Below the pieces are notes generated by a model that was not told the origin of the DNA, made no database searches, and was given only the letters and a program-made list of their open reading frames with translations. DNA of 64,000 bases from an uncultured Gammaproteobacteria bacterium (lineage in GTDB: Bacteria > Pseudomonadota > Gammaproteobacteria > UBA9214), in the NCBI GenBank assembly GCA_963748215.1, contig CAVVHS010000006.1:768001-832000 (forward strand). Direction: 5' to 3'. Below, one piece after another: positions 1 to 10,566 of this stretch (position 1 is its first letter; each line of letters starts with the position of its first letter). A program made the translations under genes and the position numbers.

Positions 1-327
1 ACCGACCTCGAACAGCTGGCGATGCGTTTTCATTCCATTCGCAATCATCCCAGCTGCCTGCCGGATGGCACCTGTGACCCAAGCATCGATGGCACCAGTA
101 TCACCCCGGTCAACTTCGTTCTGAACGGTAACCTGCCCGCCGTCGGCGCGCCCTATCACGAGCCCTGCATGGACGACAGCGGCGTGCGCCTCGAGGCCAA
201 CGTGCTGGGCAAGTTCTTCGGCAGCACCCTGACCGCGATGAACGACCCGGCAGGCATGACGGTCGTTGGTTCCAGCGTCTTCACTGCAGATAACCCGCGC
301 ATCTACAAGGGTGCCAACATGCAGTAT
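1..327 (+). CDS. mnxG: MnxG-like large multicopper oxidase, segment 1 (gene starts upstream of the window)
   Basis: Frame 1 is open from base 1 (TDLEQLAMRFH...PAVGAPYHEPCMDD...RIYKGANMQY). It joins DVVLNKAGYHYPQQR in the next frame if one base near 325-328 is removed. Confidence 0.65.
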
Positions 328-2467
328 CGACGTGGTACTGAACAAGGCCGGTTACCACTACCCGCAGCAGCGCATCATTGCCCTGTGGGAGGACGTGGTA
401 CCGATGATCAGCAAGACCAAGCCCGACGAACCGCTGGTGATGCGCTTCAACACCTTCGACTGCGGCGTCTATCACCACACCAACCTGGTACCCGAATACT
501 ACGAGCTCGACGACTACCAGGTGCGCACGCCGACCGACATCATCGGTCAGCACATCCACCTGCCCAAGTGGGACCTGACCACCGCCGACGGCGCCGCCAA
601 CGGCTGGAACTATGAAGACGGCACGCTCTCGCCCGGTTCGGTACGCGAGCGTATCCGCGCGCTGAACTGTTTCGCCACCGGTGACAGCGGCGATCCCGCC
701 CACCCCTGCCCGGCAGAGATTCCAGTTGGAGGCATCGGCAGCCACGTTGCGGGCACCGGCTCTGGCGGATTGATCCCGCCCACCACCCTGGCACCCCACG
801 CACATCCCTTCTGGGCGAACCAGGCGGCCACGCTGGGCGGCGCCTTCCCGGAACTCTGGGAGGGCACGCGGGTGACCCAGCAGCGCTGGTTCTTCGACCC
901 GGTGGTCAACACCGAAGGCGTCGACCGGGGACTGGGCATCATTTTCACCCACGACCACTACGGGCCTTCGACCCACCAGCAGATCGGCCTGTACGCGACG
1001 GTGCTGGCCGAGCCGGCCGGTTCCCGCTGGGTGCACAACGAGACCGGCGTGCAGCTGGGCCAGGGCCCCGATGGCGGCAATCCGAGTGGCCGCATCGATG
1101 GCGGACCGACCTCCTGGCAGGCGGTCATCACCCCGCCGGGTGGCGGCTCGACCGTCAATCCGCCCGGACAGCTGGAGCAGTACCGGGAGTTCTACTTCGA
1201 GTACACCGACTTCCAGCACGCCTACGAGGCCGGCGTGTACGTGGGTGCCGACCAGCAGGGCGTACCGATCGGCGGGCCGGTCGGCAACAACCCGGCGCTG
1301 ACGGGCATCCTCGATACCGGCAATGCAGATTTCTCTGGCCTGCCCGGGGATGCGTTCCGCTTCGCCATCAACCCGCCGAATCGCGAACAGGTCACACCCG
1401 TGTTCCCCGACCTGGTGCTCGAGGCGGTCGCGGGCCTGTTGCCGGGTTGCCCCGCCGGCGGACGTCCCTGTCCAACCGCCATCGACGTGCAGGATCCGGG
1501 TATGTTCTCGGTCAATTACCGCAATGAACCCGTTGCCCTGCGCGTCTTTGACCCGCTCGCCATTGGGCCGGACAACAAATTCGGCGCCCAGAGTGACCAG
1601 CGCGCCGGCGACCTCGCCCTCGCGTTCGAGACGCGCAGTGACCGTCGCCTGTTCGTGGAAGGCGCCAGTTTCGGCAGCATCGACGGCAACCTGATCCCCG
1701 GCTATGTCCTGAACGAGATGCCGGTAGTTGGCGATAACATCAACGGCACCCTCTTCCCGCCGCACATCAACGCCGGCGGCGTGAATGGCGGCGATCCCTT
1801 CACCCCGATGATGCGCGCCTTCGCCGGCGACCTGATCCGGGTAAAGATGCAGGCCGGCGGCGACGAGGAAGAACACGCCGCCAACATCCACGGCGTGAAA
1901 TGGCTGTACGCCGGTTCCGGCCATGGCGAGGCCCGCAACTCGGGCTGGCGCGGCAGCCAGTCGGGCGGTATTTCCGAGCAGTTCACCCTCAAGGTACCGC
2001 TGGTACCGCTGAAGGGTAATGTCGGGCGCCGTCTCGACTACCTCTATACGATGGATGCCTCCACCGACGGCTGGTGGAGCGGCATGTGGGGCATCCTGCG
2101 CGCCTACGAAAACCGCACCCAGGCAACCGACCCGCTGCAGGGCGGCGGTCCGCTGGTGGAACTGACCAACAATCCGCCGCCGCAGACGGGGCTGGTGCAG
2201 ATCACCAACGCGGCGGCCTTCGACGGCGCCTGTCCGTTGTTTAAACCCGATGGCGTGACCCCGACCACGGTGCGCGCGTATGACATTACCGCGGTACTGG
2301 CCAACGACGTCCTGCCCGGCAATCCGAATGTCATCATTCAGGACATCTGCCCGGGTGCGGGACCACAGATCTGTGGCGGAGCCGGTCATGTCGGTGTGGC
2401 ACCGGATCCGCTCGGCGGCACACTCGTGTACAACCCGCGCACCGACCAGATCGGTGGTGGCGTCTGA
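266..2467 (+). CDS. mnxG: MnxG-like large multicopper oxidase, segment 2 (homologous from ~329)
   Basis: Copper-ligand motifs GQHIHLPKWDL and FTHDHYGPSTHQQIGLY, plus HAANIHG and GMWGILRAY, as in Pseudomonas-type MnxG Mn oxidases. Followed by the typical accessory operon. Confidence 0.75.
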   Translation: MVPASSLQITRASTRVPTCSIDVVLNKAGYHYPQQRIIALWEDVVPMISKTKPDEPLVMRFNTFDCGVYHHTNLVPEYYELDDYQVRTPTDIIGQHIHLPKWDLTTADGAANGWNYEDGTLSPGSVRERIRALNCFATGDSGDPAHPCPAEIPVGGIGSHVAGTGSGGLIPPTTLAPHAHPFWANQAATLGGAFPELWEGTRVTQQRWFFDPVVNTEGVDRGLGIIFTHDHYGPSTHQQIGLYATVLAEPAGSRWVHNETGVQLGQGPDGGNPSGRIDGGPTSWQAVITPPGGGSTVNPPGQLEQYREFYFEYTDFQHAYEAGVYVGADQQGVPIGGPVGNNPALTGILDTGNADFSGLPGDAFRFAINPPNREQVTPVFPDLVLEAVAGLLPGCPAGGRPCPTAIDVQDPGMFSVNYRNEPVALRVFDPLAIGPDNKFGAQSDQRAGDLALAFETRSDRRLFVEGASFGSIDGNLIPGYVLNEMPVVGDNINGTLFPPHINAGGVNGGDPFTPMMRAFAGDLIRVKMQAGGDEEEHAANIHGVKWLYAGSGHGEARNSGWRGSQSGGISEQFTLKVPLVPLKGNVGRRLDYLYTMDASTDGWWSGMWGILRAYENRTQATDPLQGGGPLVELTNNPPPQTGLVQITNAAAFDGACPLFKPDGVTPTTVRAYDITAVLANDVLPGNPNVIIQDICPGAGPQICGGAGHVGVAPDPLGGTLVYNPRTDQIGGGV

Positions 2468-4209
2468 TGATCTCGGCCGCGGTGCCGCTGCCGATCCACA
2501 ACGGCCCGATACACGACCCGACCGCGATCCTGTATGTCCATACCTCGGATGTCGTCAAGGATGCCCTCGGTAATCCCATCGGCCTCAAGCCGAACACGCC
2601 GGTCGAACCGCTGGTACTGCGTGCCGCCGCGGGTGACTGTATCAGGGTCACGCTGCGCAACGAACTGCCTGTGCAAATGCCGGAGCTGCCGACCTATACC
2701 AGCCTGCTCGGCGCCAACAAGCGCGACCGGCTGGGTATCGAGGGCTCGACCACCTTCCAGACCAACCTGCTGGCCCCGTCCAACCGTGTCGGCCTGCATG
2801 CGCAGATGCTGGCCTATGATGTGTCGCGCGCCGACGGCACGGTGGTGGGTGAGAACCACACCCTGGCACAGGTCATCGGGCCAAACAGCGCCCCGGCCAC
2901 GTTCGAGTGGTATGCCGGCGATCTAGGCTTCACCCGCAACGGCGCGGGTCAGTGGACGCTAACTGCCACGCCGGTGGAGTTCGGGGTGTCGAACCTGGCA
3001 CCGGCGGACAAAATCAAGCACGGGATGAAGTCGGCGGTCGGCCAGCTGATCGTCGAGCCGCTGGGCTCCAGCTGGATCGAGGACGGCGTCAATGAAAATC
3101 CGACGGTCCCCGTGGCCGATCCGCTGCGCTTTGCCTATGCACCCGGTGCGACCCGGCTCGAGGCCTCGGTCATCAAGAACGGCGCCCGCATCTTCCGCGA
3201 CCTGTCGGTGGTGCTGACCAAGCAGCAGACCCAGTACTACGCGGACAGCCAGCCGGTCGAACACCTCAACGGTGAAGGAGCAGGCATCCCCGAGGATCCA
3301 CAGGAAGCCACCGGCATGGCGATCAACTACCAGATCGATCCGCTCTGGTTCCGGCTCGGCATCCTGCCGAATTCGCCCTTCGGTAACGACATGACACCGT
3401 CGAGCTTCGGCAATGCGGTGCCTCCGAATGTGGACGGGACCCAGTTCGACATCTACAGCAACAACCGGCCGCATCCGCCCGGCAGCCCGGAGGTCGGCCC
3501 CATCGGCGAACCGTCCACGCCGGTGTTCCTGGCACGGCCCGGTGAACCCCTGCGCGTGCGCCTCGGCGTACCGCATGGCACCAACCGCGGGTCCACCTTC
3601 AGCCTGCATGGCCACACCTGGCAGCGCGACCCGTACGTGTGTCCGGATGATGCGCGCAACGGTCTGGTTGGCGCCTGTCTGCCGACCAGTGTCGGTTCAC
3701 AGGCCATCGGGCACAACCCGCAGGGCTTCTACCAGGGTGCGCAGGAAAGCATCTGGTCCACCGCACACTACGACTTCGTGCTGGCGAGTGCCGGCGGTGC
3801 GGGTGGGATCCTGGGTGATTACCTGTTCCGCGATACGGGTTCCTTCGGTAACGCCTCCGGGCTGTGGGGTATCGTCCGGGTCGAGAACCGACCCGATGCC
3901 GATGGCGACGGTATCTTCGACGATGTGGACAACTGCATCAACGTGGCTAATGGACCGCTCGCCGGTCCGGTGAATGGCCTGAGTCAGTGCGATACCGACG
4001 GCGATGGTATCGGCAACATCTGCGATGCGGACTTCAATGGCAATGGCATCGTGGATCCGACTGATTTTACGCTCCTGAAGTCCACCCTGGGGTCGACACT
4101 GGCGCCGAATCAGGACCTGAACTGCAACGGCATCGTGGATCCCACCGACTTCACGACCATCAAAGCGTTGCTGGGGCAGCCGCCGGGCCCGTCCTGCTGC
4201 GGAGTCTAG
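2467..4209 (+). CDS. mnxG: MnxG-like multicopper oxidase, C-terminal segment, ending in thrombospondin-3-like Ca-binding repeats and a dockerin-like domain
   Basis: GPIHDPTAILYV, EPLVLRAAAGDCI, FSLHGHTW and GLWGIVRV cupredoxin motifs. C-terminus has DADGDGIFDDVDNC and a duplicated DxNxNGIVDPTDF. No signal peptide, so probably a continuation of segment 2. Confidence 0.75.
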   Translation: MISAAVPLPIHNGPIHDPTAILYVHTSDVVKDALGNPIGLKPNTPVEPLVLRAAAGDCIRVTLRNELPVQMPELPTYTSLLGANKRDRLGIEGSTTFQTNLLAPSNRVGLHAQMLAYDVSRADGTVVGENHTLAQVIGPNSAPATFEWYAGDLGFTRNGAGQWTLTATPVEFGVSNLAPADKIKHGMKSAVGQLIVEPLGSSWIEDGVNENPTVPVADPLRFAYAPGATRLEASVIKNGARIFRDLSVVLTKQQTQYYADSQPVEHLNGEGAGIPEDPQEATGMAINYQIDPLWFRLGILPNSPFGNDMTPSSFGNAVPPNVDGTQFDIYSNNRPHPPGSPEVGPIGEPSTPVFLARPGEPLRVRLGVPHGTNRGSTFSLHGHTWQRDPYVCPDDARNGLVGACLPTSVGSQAIGHNPQGFYQGAQESIWSTAHYDFVLASAGGAGGILGDYLFRDTGSFGNASGLWGIVRVENRPDADGDGIFDDVDNCINVANGPLAGPVNGLSQCDTDGDGIGNICDADFNGNGIVDPTDFTLLKSTLGSTLAPNQDLNCNGIVDPTDFTTIKALLGQPPGPSCCGV

Positions 4210-4411
4210 TTACCGCCGGTACCAGGGCGTGTTGCAGGTTGTCAGTTTGAGCCTGCAGCACGTCTCGGATGTCGTGCTGTACAATTTAGCCACACGTACT
4301 GGCTTGCCGGAGCCGGACTTCCCGACCTGATGCGTACGCCTGTTTAACCTGTGACCTGGAGTCCCATTCAAAATCAGTGACATTCCGATCGTGACTGCTG
4401 CCTGCGGGGTT

Positions 4412-4427
4412 TGGCGCAAAGAGTGCA
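4412..4427 (+). promoter_or_regulatory. Putative sigma-54 (-24/-12) promoter for the accessory operon
   Basis: TGGCGCAAAGAGTGCA: GG and GC are 12 bp apart, ~150 bp upstream of the 4575 start. Confidence 0.5.
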
Positions 4428-4574
4428 CGCGACAAACCCAGCCAGGCTGAATCGACATCCGTTCTGATATTCATGACATTTTTGCAACTTTTCATTGTTT
4501 TTTTTGACAAAAGCAAGCAGGAACCGAACGCGCCTGCTGATCAAAATTACAAGCGCCAAGGCAAGGGGTAAACC

Positions 4575-6551
4575 GTGCACTCCAGCTCTACAAACCGCCG
4601 CTTCTGGTGGCCTTTCATCCTGTTGTTACCCTTATTCCTGGCACTGATCACCGGCGGCCGCGCTGCGGAACCAGAGCCGGTAAAGCCCGATACGGGCCGC
4701 CTGGTCAGACACGGCATTGTGGTCGACTTCGAGGCACTGCCGCTCGCAGGCGACGACCAGGGGCTCATGGAAGGGCAACTGGCCGAGATCCGCTTCCGAC
4801 TCACCGAGGAGGCGACCGGCGCACCGGTCCGGGGTATTACGCCCGGCGCCTGGATGGACATGGGTGAAGTCATCCAGGGCCAGTCAGGGGCCGAGCAGAA
4901 AACCTGCAAGGAAAAGATCGCGCTCTATCTCAAGGGTGTGGTTGGCATCCGCCCCATGATCGACCTCAACAGCTACTATGTGCTGATCCTCAACAAGGAA
5001 CCGAGTATCTCCGTCGTTGATCCGCTGGTTTCGATGGTGGGCAAGACCAGCACCCTGGCGAGCATCCGTCTCGAGGCCGCGGGGGCCGACTGGGCCAGCA
5101 GCGCGGACGAAAAGCTCGTCTTCGTGAGCATGCCCAGGGCCGGCAAGGTGGCACTGCTGGATACCAGCAAGTTCAAGGTGACCGACAACATCCCGGCCGG
5201 CACGGCACCGACCCGGGTGGCGCTGCAACCTGATGGACGTTATCTCTGGGTCGGCAACAATGCGCCAACCGCGGATGCCAGCGGTGTCACCGTTATCGAC
5301 ACCGACACGCTGGAATCCCTGGCCACCCTTCCCACCGGGGCAGGACATCACGAGATCGCCTTCTCCGCCGACAGCCGTTATGCCTTCGTGAGCAATCGCG
5401 ATGCCGGCACGGTCAGTGTCATCGACGTCCAGTCACGCGCCGTGCTGAAGGACATCGAGACCGGCCCGCTGCCTATTTCGCTCGCCTATTCAGCGCTGTC
5501 CCGGGCGCTGTACGTCGCCGACGGCAAGGACGGCCACATCAGCGTGATCGACACCGAGCAGTTCGAGGTGCAAAAACGTATCGAGGCCAGTCCCGGTCTG
5601 GGACCGTTGCGTTTCGCACCGGACGGCCGCTATGCCGTGGTGGTCAACCCCAGCCGGGAGACGGTCTACGTGATCGACGCGGCGGCCAACGAAATCGTGC
5701 ACCGCATCGCCGTGGCCGGCCAGCCCTACCAGGTCGTGTTCAGCCGTGCCTTTGCCTACGTGCGTCCACTTGCCAGCCAGAGCATCTCCATGATCGACCT
5801 AAGCAGTCTCGGCGCAGGCAAGCAACCGATCGTGAAAAGCTTCGAGGCGGGCAGTGTAGCGCCCAGCCTGGCCGGTGACCTGTCACTGGCCGACTCGCTG
5901 GCCGCGACCAGCAGCGAGGCGGCCATGTTCATCGTCAACCCCGGTGACAACACCACCTATGTGTACATGGAAGGCATGAACGCACCGTCCAGCAACTACT
6001 CGGTGCGCGGTGCCAGCGCGCGCGGCGTGATGGTGGTTGATCGCAGTCTGCACGAAATCGAGCCGGGGCTGTTTTCCGCCAAGGTGAAGCTTCCCGCCCC
6101 CGGCCGCTACGATGTGGCGTTCCTGCTGGATACGCCGCAGATCCTGCATTGTTTTTCGGCGGAAGCCCGGCCCAATCCCCTGATCGATCACGTCACGGCG
6201 CCGCTCACCATTGAATACCAGCTGCAAGACCGGCGCATGCATGTCGACACCCCGGCGCCACTGCGCTTCCGGCTCGTCGATTCCCATACCGGCCAGCCCG
6301 TGACCGGGTTGAAGGACGTGGGCGTGCGCTACTTCCGGGTTCCAGGCACTGACCGCAAGGAGATGCGTGCCACAGAGGAAGGTGACGGCGTCTACCGGGC
6401 CGATCTGGCACTGTCGCATCCGGGCGCCTATTACGTGCACGTGGGTGTGCCATCCGCGGGCATCGCCTACCAGGATCTGCCCTACTTCACTCTGGTCGCC
6501 GTCCAGGCCGCCGCCGGTTCACCGCGTGTGCCACAGGAGACGTCGCCATGA
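4575..6551 (+). CDS. YVTN/cytochrome d1-like beta-propeller protein with C-terminal YtkA-like domain
   Basis: Signal peptide, repeated blades (PDGRYLWV, ADSRYAFVSN, VSVIDT), C-terminal EEGDGVYRA...PGAYYVHV. Confidence 0.8.
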   Translation: MHSSSTNRRFWWPFILLLPLFLALITGGRAAEPEPVKPDTGRLVRHGIVVDFEALPLAGDDQGLMEGQLAEIRFRLTEEATGAPVRGITPGAWMDMGEVIQGQSGAEQKTCKEKIALYLKGVVGIRPMIDLNSYYVLILNKEPSISVVDPLVSMVGKTSTLASIRLEAAGADWASSADEKLVFVSMPRAGKVALLDTSKFKVTDNIPAGTAPTRVALQPDGRYLWVGNNAPTADASGVTVIDTDTLESLATLPTGAGHHEIAFSADSRYAFVSNRDAGTVSVIDVQSRAVLKDIETGPLPISLAYSALSRALYVADGKDGHISVIDTEQFEVQKRIEASPGLGPLRFAPDGRYAVVVNPSRETVYVIDAAANEIVHRIAVAGQPYQVVFSRAFAYVRPLASQSISMIDLSSLGAGKQPIVKSFEAGSVAPSLAGDLSLADSLAATSSEAAMFIVNPGDNTTYVYMEGMNAPSSNYSVRGASARGVMVVDRSLHEIEPGLFSAKVKLPAPGRYDVAFLLDTPQILHCFSAEARPNPLIDHVTAPLTIEYQLQDRRMHVDTPAPLRFRLVDSHTGQPVTGLKDVGVRYFRVPGTDRKEMRATEEGDGVYRADLALSHPGAYYVHVGVPSAGIAYQDLPYFTLVAVQAAAGSPRVPQETSP

Positions 6552-7516
6552 ACCTGCGCCTGACAGGCGCACTCTGCGCGCTCGCCCTGGGGTTCGGCAC
6601 GTTGCCGGGGGTACTGGCCGATGCCTTCGGCCTGGCGGCCCGGGTCAACGGCATGGAGATCTCCAATGAAAAGCTCGAGAAGAGCTTTGAGGAATACCTG
6701 CGCGAGAACAATGTGAACGTGGGCGCCATTCGCTATCCCGATCGATACAAGGCCATGAGGCGGGAGACGCTCGATTTGCTGATCGACCAGCTACTGCTGT
6801 GGCAGGCGGCACAGGACAGCGACATGGTTGCGACACCCGCTGAAGTCAGCGCCGCGTTCGATGACATGCGTGCCCAGTTCAAGTCGGCGGAGAACTTTCG
6901 CGACCGGCTCACTGCCGAAGGTTACAGCGAAGACAGTTACCGGGAGCACCTCAAGCAGCTGGTCTCGGCCAGCAAGTACCTGGAGAGCCTTAGCGGCAAC
7001 ATTGAAGTGAGCGATACGGAAGTACACGACTTCTATACCCGGAACCCGGATAAATTCCAGCTGCCCGAAGTCATCCGGGCGCGCCACATCCTGATCAAGC
7101 TGGATGCCTCGTTGTCCGATGAGGAGCAGCGCGACAGGCGCAGGCATGTCGAGGACATCCTGGCACAGGCACGCGCGGGTGCCGACTTCGCCCGGCTCGC
7201 CACCGAGCATTCAGAAGATACCAGCGCCGCCCACGGTGGTGACCTCGGCTACTTTCCGCGCGGAAGAATGGTAAAACCGTTCGAGGACGCCGCGTTCGGT
7301 CTGCAGCCGGGCGAGCTGTCCGGGGTAGTGGAAACTCCCTTCGGCCTGCACATCATCAAGCTGGAGGAACGTCACGCGCCCAAACTGCTGCCCGAAGCCG
7401 ATGCCCGCGAACGGATAACCGGGTATCTCACGGCGCTGAAGCGTGAACAGGCCGTATCCACCGGCATGGAAACGCTGCGTTCCAGCGCCAAGATCGAAAT
7501 ACTGGTGCCGTTATGA
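6548..7516 (+). CDS. SurA/PpiC (parvulin) peptidyl-prolyl isomerase
   Basis: ARVNG SurA N-domain, RARHILIK, GGDLGYF, FEDAAF, VETPFGLHII. Confidence 0.9.
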   Translation: MNLRLTGALCALALGFGTLPGVLADAFGLAARVNGMEISNEKLEKSFEEYLRENNVNVGAIRYPDRYKAMRRETLDLLIDQLLLWQAAQDSDMVATPAEVSAAFDDMRAQFKSAENFRDRLTAEGYSEDSYREHLKQLVSASKYLESLSGNIEVSDTEVHDFYTRNPDKFQLPEVIRARHILIKLDASLSDEEQRDRRRHVEDILAQARAGADFARLATEHSEDTSAAHGGDLGYFPRGRMVKPFEDAAFGLQPGELSGVVETPFGLHIIKLEERHAPKLLPEADARERITGYLTALKREQAVSTGMETLRSSAKIEILVPL

Positions 7517-8244
7517 AACATTCTGCCGCACGGAGCGTAACCGGATTGCCGAAGCCCTGCTTGCGCCCTGCGCACCTGCCGGTCGCGCTGCTGACGCTGG
7601 TCCTGCTGGCGCCGCCGGCCGTGCGGGCGGCTGAGGAGCACCACCATCACCAGCACCCCGAGCCGGTTTCCGGCGCCGACCCGCACGCCCACCACCGGGC
7701 CATGCTCGAGCAGGCACAGCCGGGTCCGGCCACCGCCACCGATGTCACGCTGCACAATGCGACGCTCCTGACCCAGAACGGCGCGCAGGTGCGGTTCGCC
7801 AGCGATGTCATCGCTGACCACATCGTGGTAATGGACTTCGTCTACACCACCTGTACCACCGTGTGCCCGGTGCTGTCCGCGGTCTTCGGCCAGGTGCAGG
7901 AACGTCTGGGCGACCGGCTCGGACAGGAGGTGTCGCTGGTATCAGTCAGTGTTGACCCCGTCCGCGACACACCGCCACGACTCAAGGCCTACGCCGCCCG
8001 GCATCGCGCACAGGATGGCTGGGTCTGGCTCACCGGGGATAAATCGCAGGTGGACCAGGTGCTGACCGGGCTTGGTGCCTACGCGCCGCGTTTCGAGGAC
8101 CATCCGGCCATGGTCCTGGTGGGCGATGGACGTTCCGGGACCTGGATCCGTTTCTTCGGCTTCCCGGGTCCGGACCAGATCCTGGCCACGGTGGATGAAC
8201 TCTCGGCGGCCCGCCAGGCGGCCGCCCAATCCCTGCAGGAGTAA
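7513..8244 (+). CDS. SCO1/SenC copper chaperone with His-rich N-terminus
   Basis: YTTCTTVCP (CxxxC), SVDPVRDTP, conserved His, and an HHHHQH...HAHH linker. Confidence 0.9.
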   Translation: MKHSAARSVTGLPKPCLRPAHLPVALLTLVLLAPPAVRAAEEHHHHQHPEPVSGADPHAHHRAMLEQAQPGPATATDVTLHNATLLTQNGAQVRFASDVIADHIVVMDFVYTTCTTVCPVLSAVFGQVQERLGDRLGQEVSLVSVSVDPVRDTPPRLKAYAARHRAQDGWVWLTGDKSQVDQVLTGLGAYAPRFEDHPAMVLVGDGRSGTWIRFFGFPGPDQILATVDELSAARQAAAQSLQE

Positions 8245-8250
8245 TGCACC

Positions 8251-8868
8251 ATGCGCACGATTTTCAGCTTGTTACTCGCCCTGGCCTGGCTAGCGCCTGC
8301 CGTGTCCGCAACACCACCGGAGACTACGGGCGGCGCGGCAGCGACACCCGCTGCGACAACCCAGGCCGACGCTGACGAGGCCTCGAGGCAGTACTTCACG
8401 GACCTGAAGCTGGTCACCCAGGACGGGAAGGATGTGCGCTTCTTCAGCGATGTCCTGCAAGACAAGATCGTGCTCATCAATTTCATCTTCACCCACTGTG
8501 AGGGTGCCTGCCCGCTGATGACCCGCAAGCTCAAATCGAGCCGCGACCTGCTCGATGCGTCACTGCGTGCCAGGGTGCATTTCGTCTCCATCAGCATCGA
8601 CCCGGAACGTGACACGCCGGCCGCGATGAAGGCATTTGCCGCCCAACACGAACTCGCCGACGACAAGAACTGGCTGTTCCTGACCGGTGATCCGCAAAAC
8701 GTGAACCAGATCGTCAGGAAGCTCGGCCAGTACACGCCGGACGTCGAGGAGCACTCGACACTGGTGCTGGCCGGCAATGTCAGGGATCACTACTGGATGA
8801 AGATCTCGCCCATGGTGCCGGCGGAGGGTATCGCGGACAAGCTGCGCCTGCTGGCACAGGAGCAGTGA
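8251..8868 (+). CDS. SCO1/SenC copper chaperone
   Basis: FTHCEGACP, SIDPERDTP, WLFLTG, EEHST. Confidence 0.9.
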   Translation: MRTIFSLLLALAWLAPAVSATPPETTGGAAATPAATTQADADEASRQYFTDLKLVTQDGKDVRFFSDVLQDKIVLINFIFTHCEGACPLMTRKLKSSRDLLDASLRARVHFVSISIDPERDTPAAMKAFAAQHELADDKNWLFLTGDPQNVNQIVRKLGQYTPDVEEHSTLVLAGNVRDHYWMKISPMVPAEGIADKLRLLAQEQ

Positions 8869-10460
8869 GGCGCGCCATCACGGCCATGCGCCGGACCCGT
8901 CCCTGGTCAACGGCTGCGCTTGCCCTGTTGCTTGCCGGCACTGCCGCGGCCACGGCCCTCACGCCCCAGGAACAGCGCGGCAAGCAGATCTATATCCACG
9001 GCACCAGCGCCGCCGGCACGGCGATCACCGCGCACGTGGGCACGCAGGCGGTTGCATTGCCTGCAAGCGCGATACCCTGCGCCAGCTGCCATGGCCCCGA
9101 CGGACGCGGCCGCCCCGAAGGCGGTGTGAATCCGACCGACATCACCTGGCAGAACCTCATCAAACACTATGGCCACCGGCACGACTTCGGCCGCCAGCAC
9201 CCGGCTTTCGACACGGCTTCGCTGGCGGCCGCAATCACCCGGGGGATTGATCCGGCCGGCAACCGGCTGGATGCGGCCATGCCACTCTACAGCATGGAAC
9301 CGGATGACCTGGCTGCCCTGATCGCCTATCTGAAGTGCATCGAGACTGACAGCGACCGCGGCCTATCTGCAACAAACATCCGACTGGCCACGCAGCTTCC
9401 CCTGTCGGGTCGTCTGGCTGGACTGGGCGAGGCCATGCGTGCGGTCATGCTGGCCTATTTCGCGGACCTCAACGCGGCCGGTGGAATCCACGGCCGCCAC
9501 CTCGAACTCGTGGTCATCCCGTTCGGCGACTCGCCGCGCACGGCGCTGACCAATCTCGAGCAGGGTCTGGCCGAACAGGAAATCTTCGCCCTGATCGGCA
9601 GCTACAGCGTAGGCCTGGAAGACGAGACGACACGGCTGATGGAACAGCAAGCGCTGCCGCTGGTCGGCCCCTTTACCCTGCAGCCGCAGTCCGGAGCGGG
9701 CCTGGACCGCCACACCTTCTACCTGTATTCCGGGCAGGAACAACAGGTCCGGGTGCTGGTGGATCATGCGGGTGATACACAGGCAGCACAGGCGCCGCGC
9801 CTCGCCGTCGCAGGCCCCGACACGCCCACCCTCACCAGGCTTGGCCAGGTGATCACAGAGCAGGCACACCGTCACGGCTGGGACACGGTACAGACTTTCG
9901 GTTATCCGCCCGGCCAGCTGGTCCCGGCGCAGCTGGCCGCGGCACTGCGAGATACAGGGAATACCGCGCTGTTTTTCTTCGGCACCAGTGACGAGCTGAA
10001 TGCCTTACTCGTCACCCTGGGTGAATCAGACCAGCCACCGGCGGTTTATCTGCTCTCAAGCCTGGCGACGCCTGCCCTGCTCACCGCCCCGGCAGTGTTC
10101 GACCAGCGGATCTTTATCGCCTACCCGACACTGCCGCGTGACGTGACGGCGCGCGGCCAGCAGGAGTACAACGCACTCAGGCAAAAGTACGATCTGCCCG
10201 AGACGCACATCTCGGGACAGATCGCCGCCTACGCCGCCGCCAGAACGCTCGTCGAGGGTCTGAAACGCGCTGGCAGGGACCTGAGCCGGCAAGGGCTGGT
10301 CAGTGCGCTGGAAGGCCTGTACCGTTTCGACACCGGGCTCACCCCGCCGCTGACCTACAATGCGAATCGTCGCATCGGCGCACTGGGTGCCCATGTGGTC
10401 GCAGTGCAGCTCGAAGCCGGTCGCTACGCCCCGGTGGGTGCGTGGCAACCGCTCGATTGA
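8865..10460 (+). CDS. Cytochrome c fused to a periplasmic branched-chain-amino-acid-type ligand-binding domain
   Basis: CASCH heme motif with distal AMP Met, then PLSG...NAAGGIHGR and EGLKRAG periplasmic-binding-protein signatures. Confidence 0.8.
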   Translation: MRRAITAMRRTRPWSTAALALLLAGTAAATALTPQEQRGKQIYIHGTSAAGTAITAHVGTQAVALPASAIPCASCHGPDGRGRPEGGVNPTDITWQNLIKHYGHRHDFGRQHPAFDTASLAAAITRGIDPAGNRLDAAMPLYSMEPDDLAALIAYLKCIETDSDRGLSATNIRLATQLPLSGRLAGLGEAMRAVMLAYFADLNAAGGIHGRHLELVVIPFGDSPRTALTNLEQGLAEQEIFALIGSYSVGLEDETTRLMEQQALPLVGPFTLQPQSGAGLDRHTFYLYSGQEQQVRVLVDHAGDTQAAQAPRLAVAGPDTPTLTRLGQVITEQAHRHGWDTVQTFGYPPGQLVPAQLAAALRDTGNTALFFFGTSDELNALLVTLGESDQPPAVYLLSSLATPALLTAPAVFDQRIFIAYPTLPRDVTARGQQEYNALRQKYDLPETHISGQIAAYAAARTLVEGLKRAGRDLSRQGLVSALEGLYRFDTGLTPPLTYNANRRIGALGAHVVAVQLEAGRYAPVGAWQPLD

Positions 10461-10566
10461 CCCGGCGCTCGCCGGCAGCTACTCCGGTGCGCCCTGGTGC
10501 GGTTGCTGCGAGCGTACTGCTCGTCACCGCGTACGCCCGCGCGCGGCGTAACGGATCGGTATACGC

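Noticed and set aside
328-615. 3' part of ORF 22..615 as real protein
   Set aside because: Out-of-frame read-through after the break at ~328; homology continues in the other frame.
281-2389. 702-aa minus-strand ORF and similar antisense ORFs across the GC-rich genes
   Set aside because: Antisense shadows of well-supported genes.
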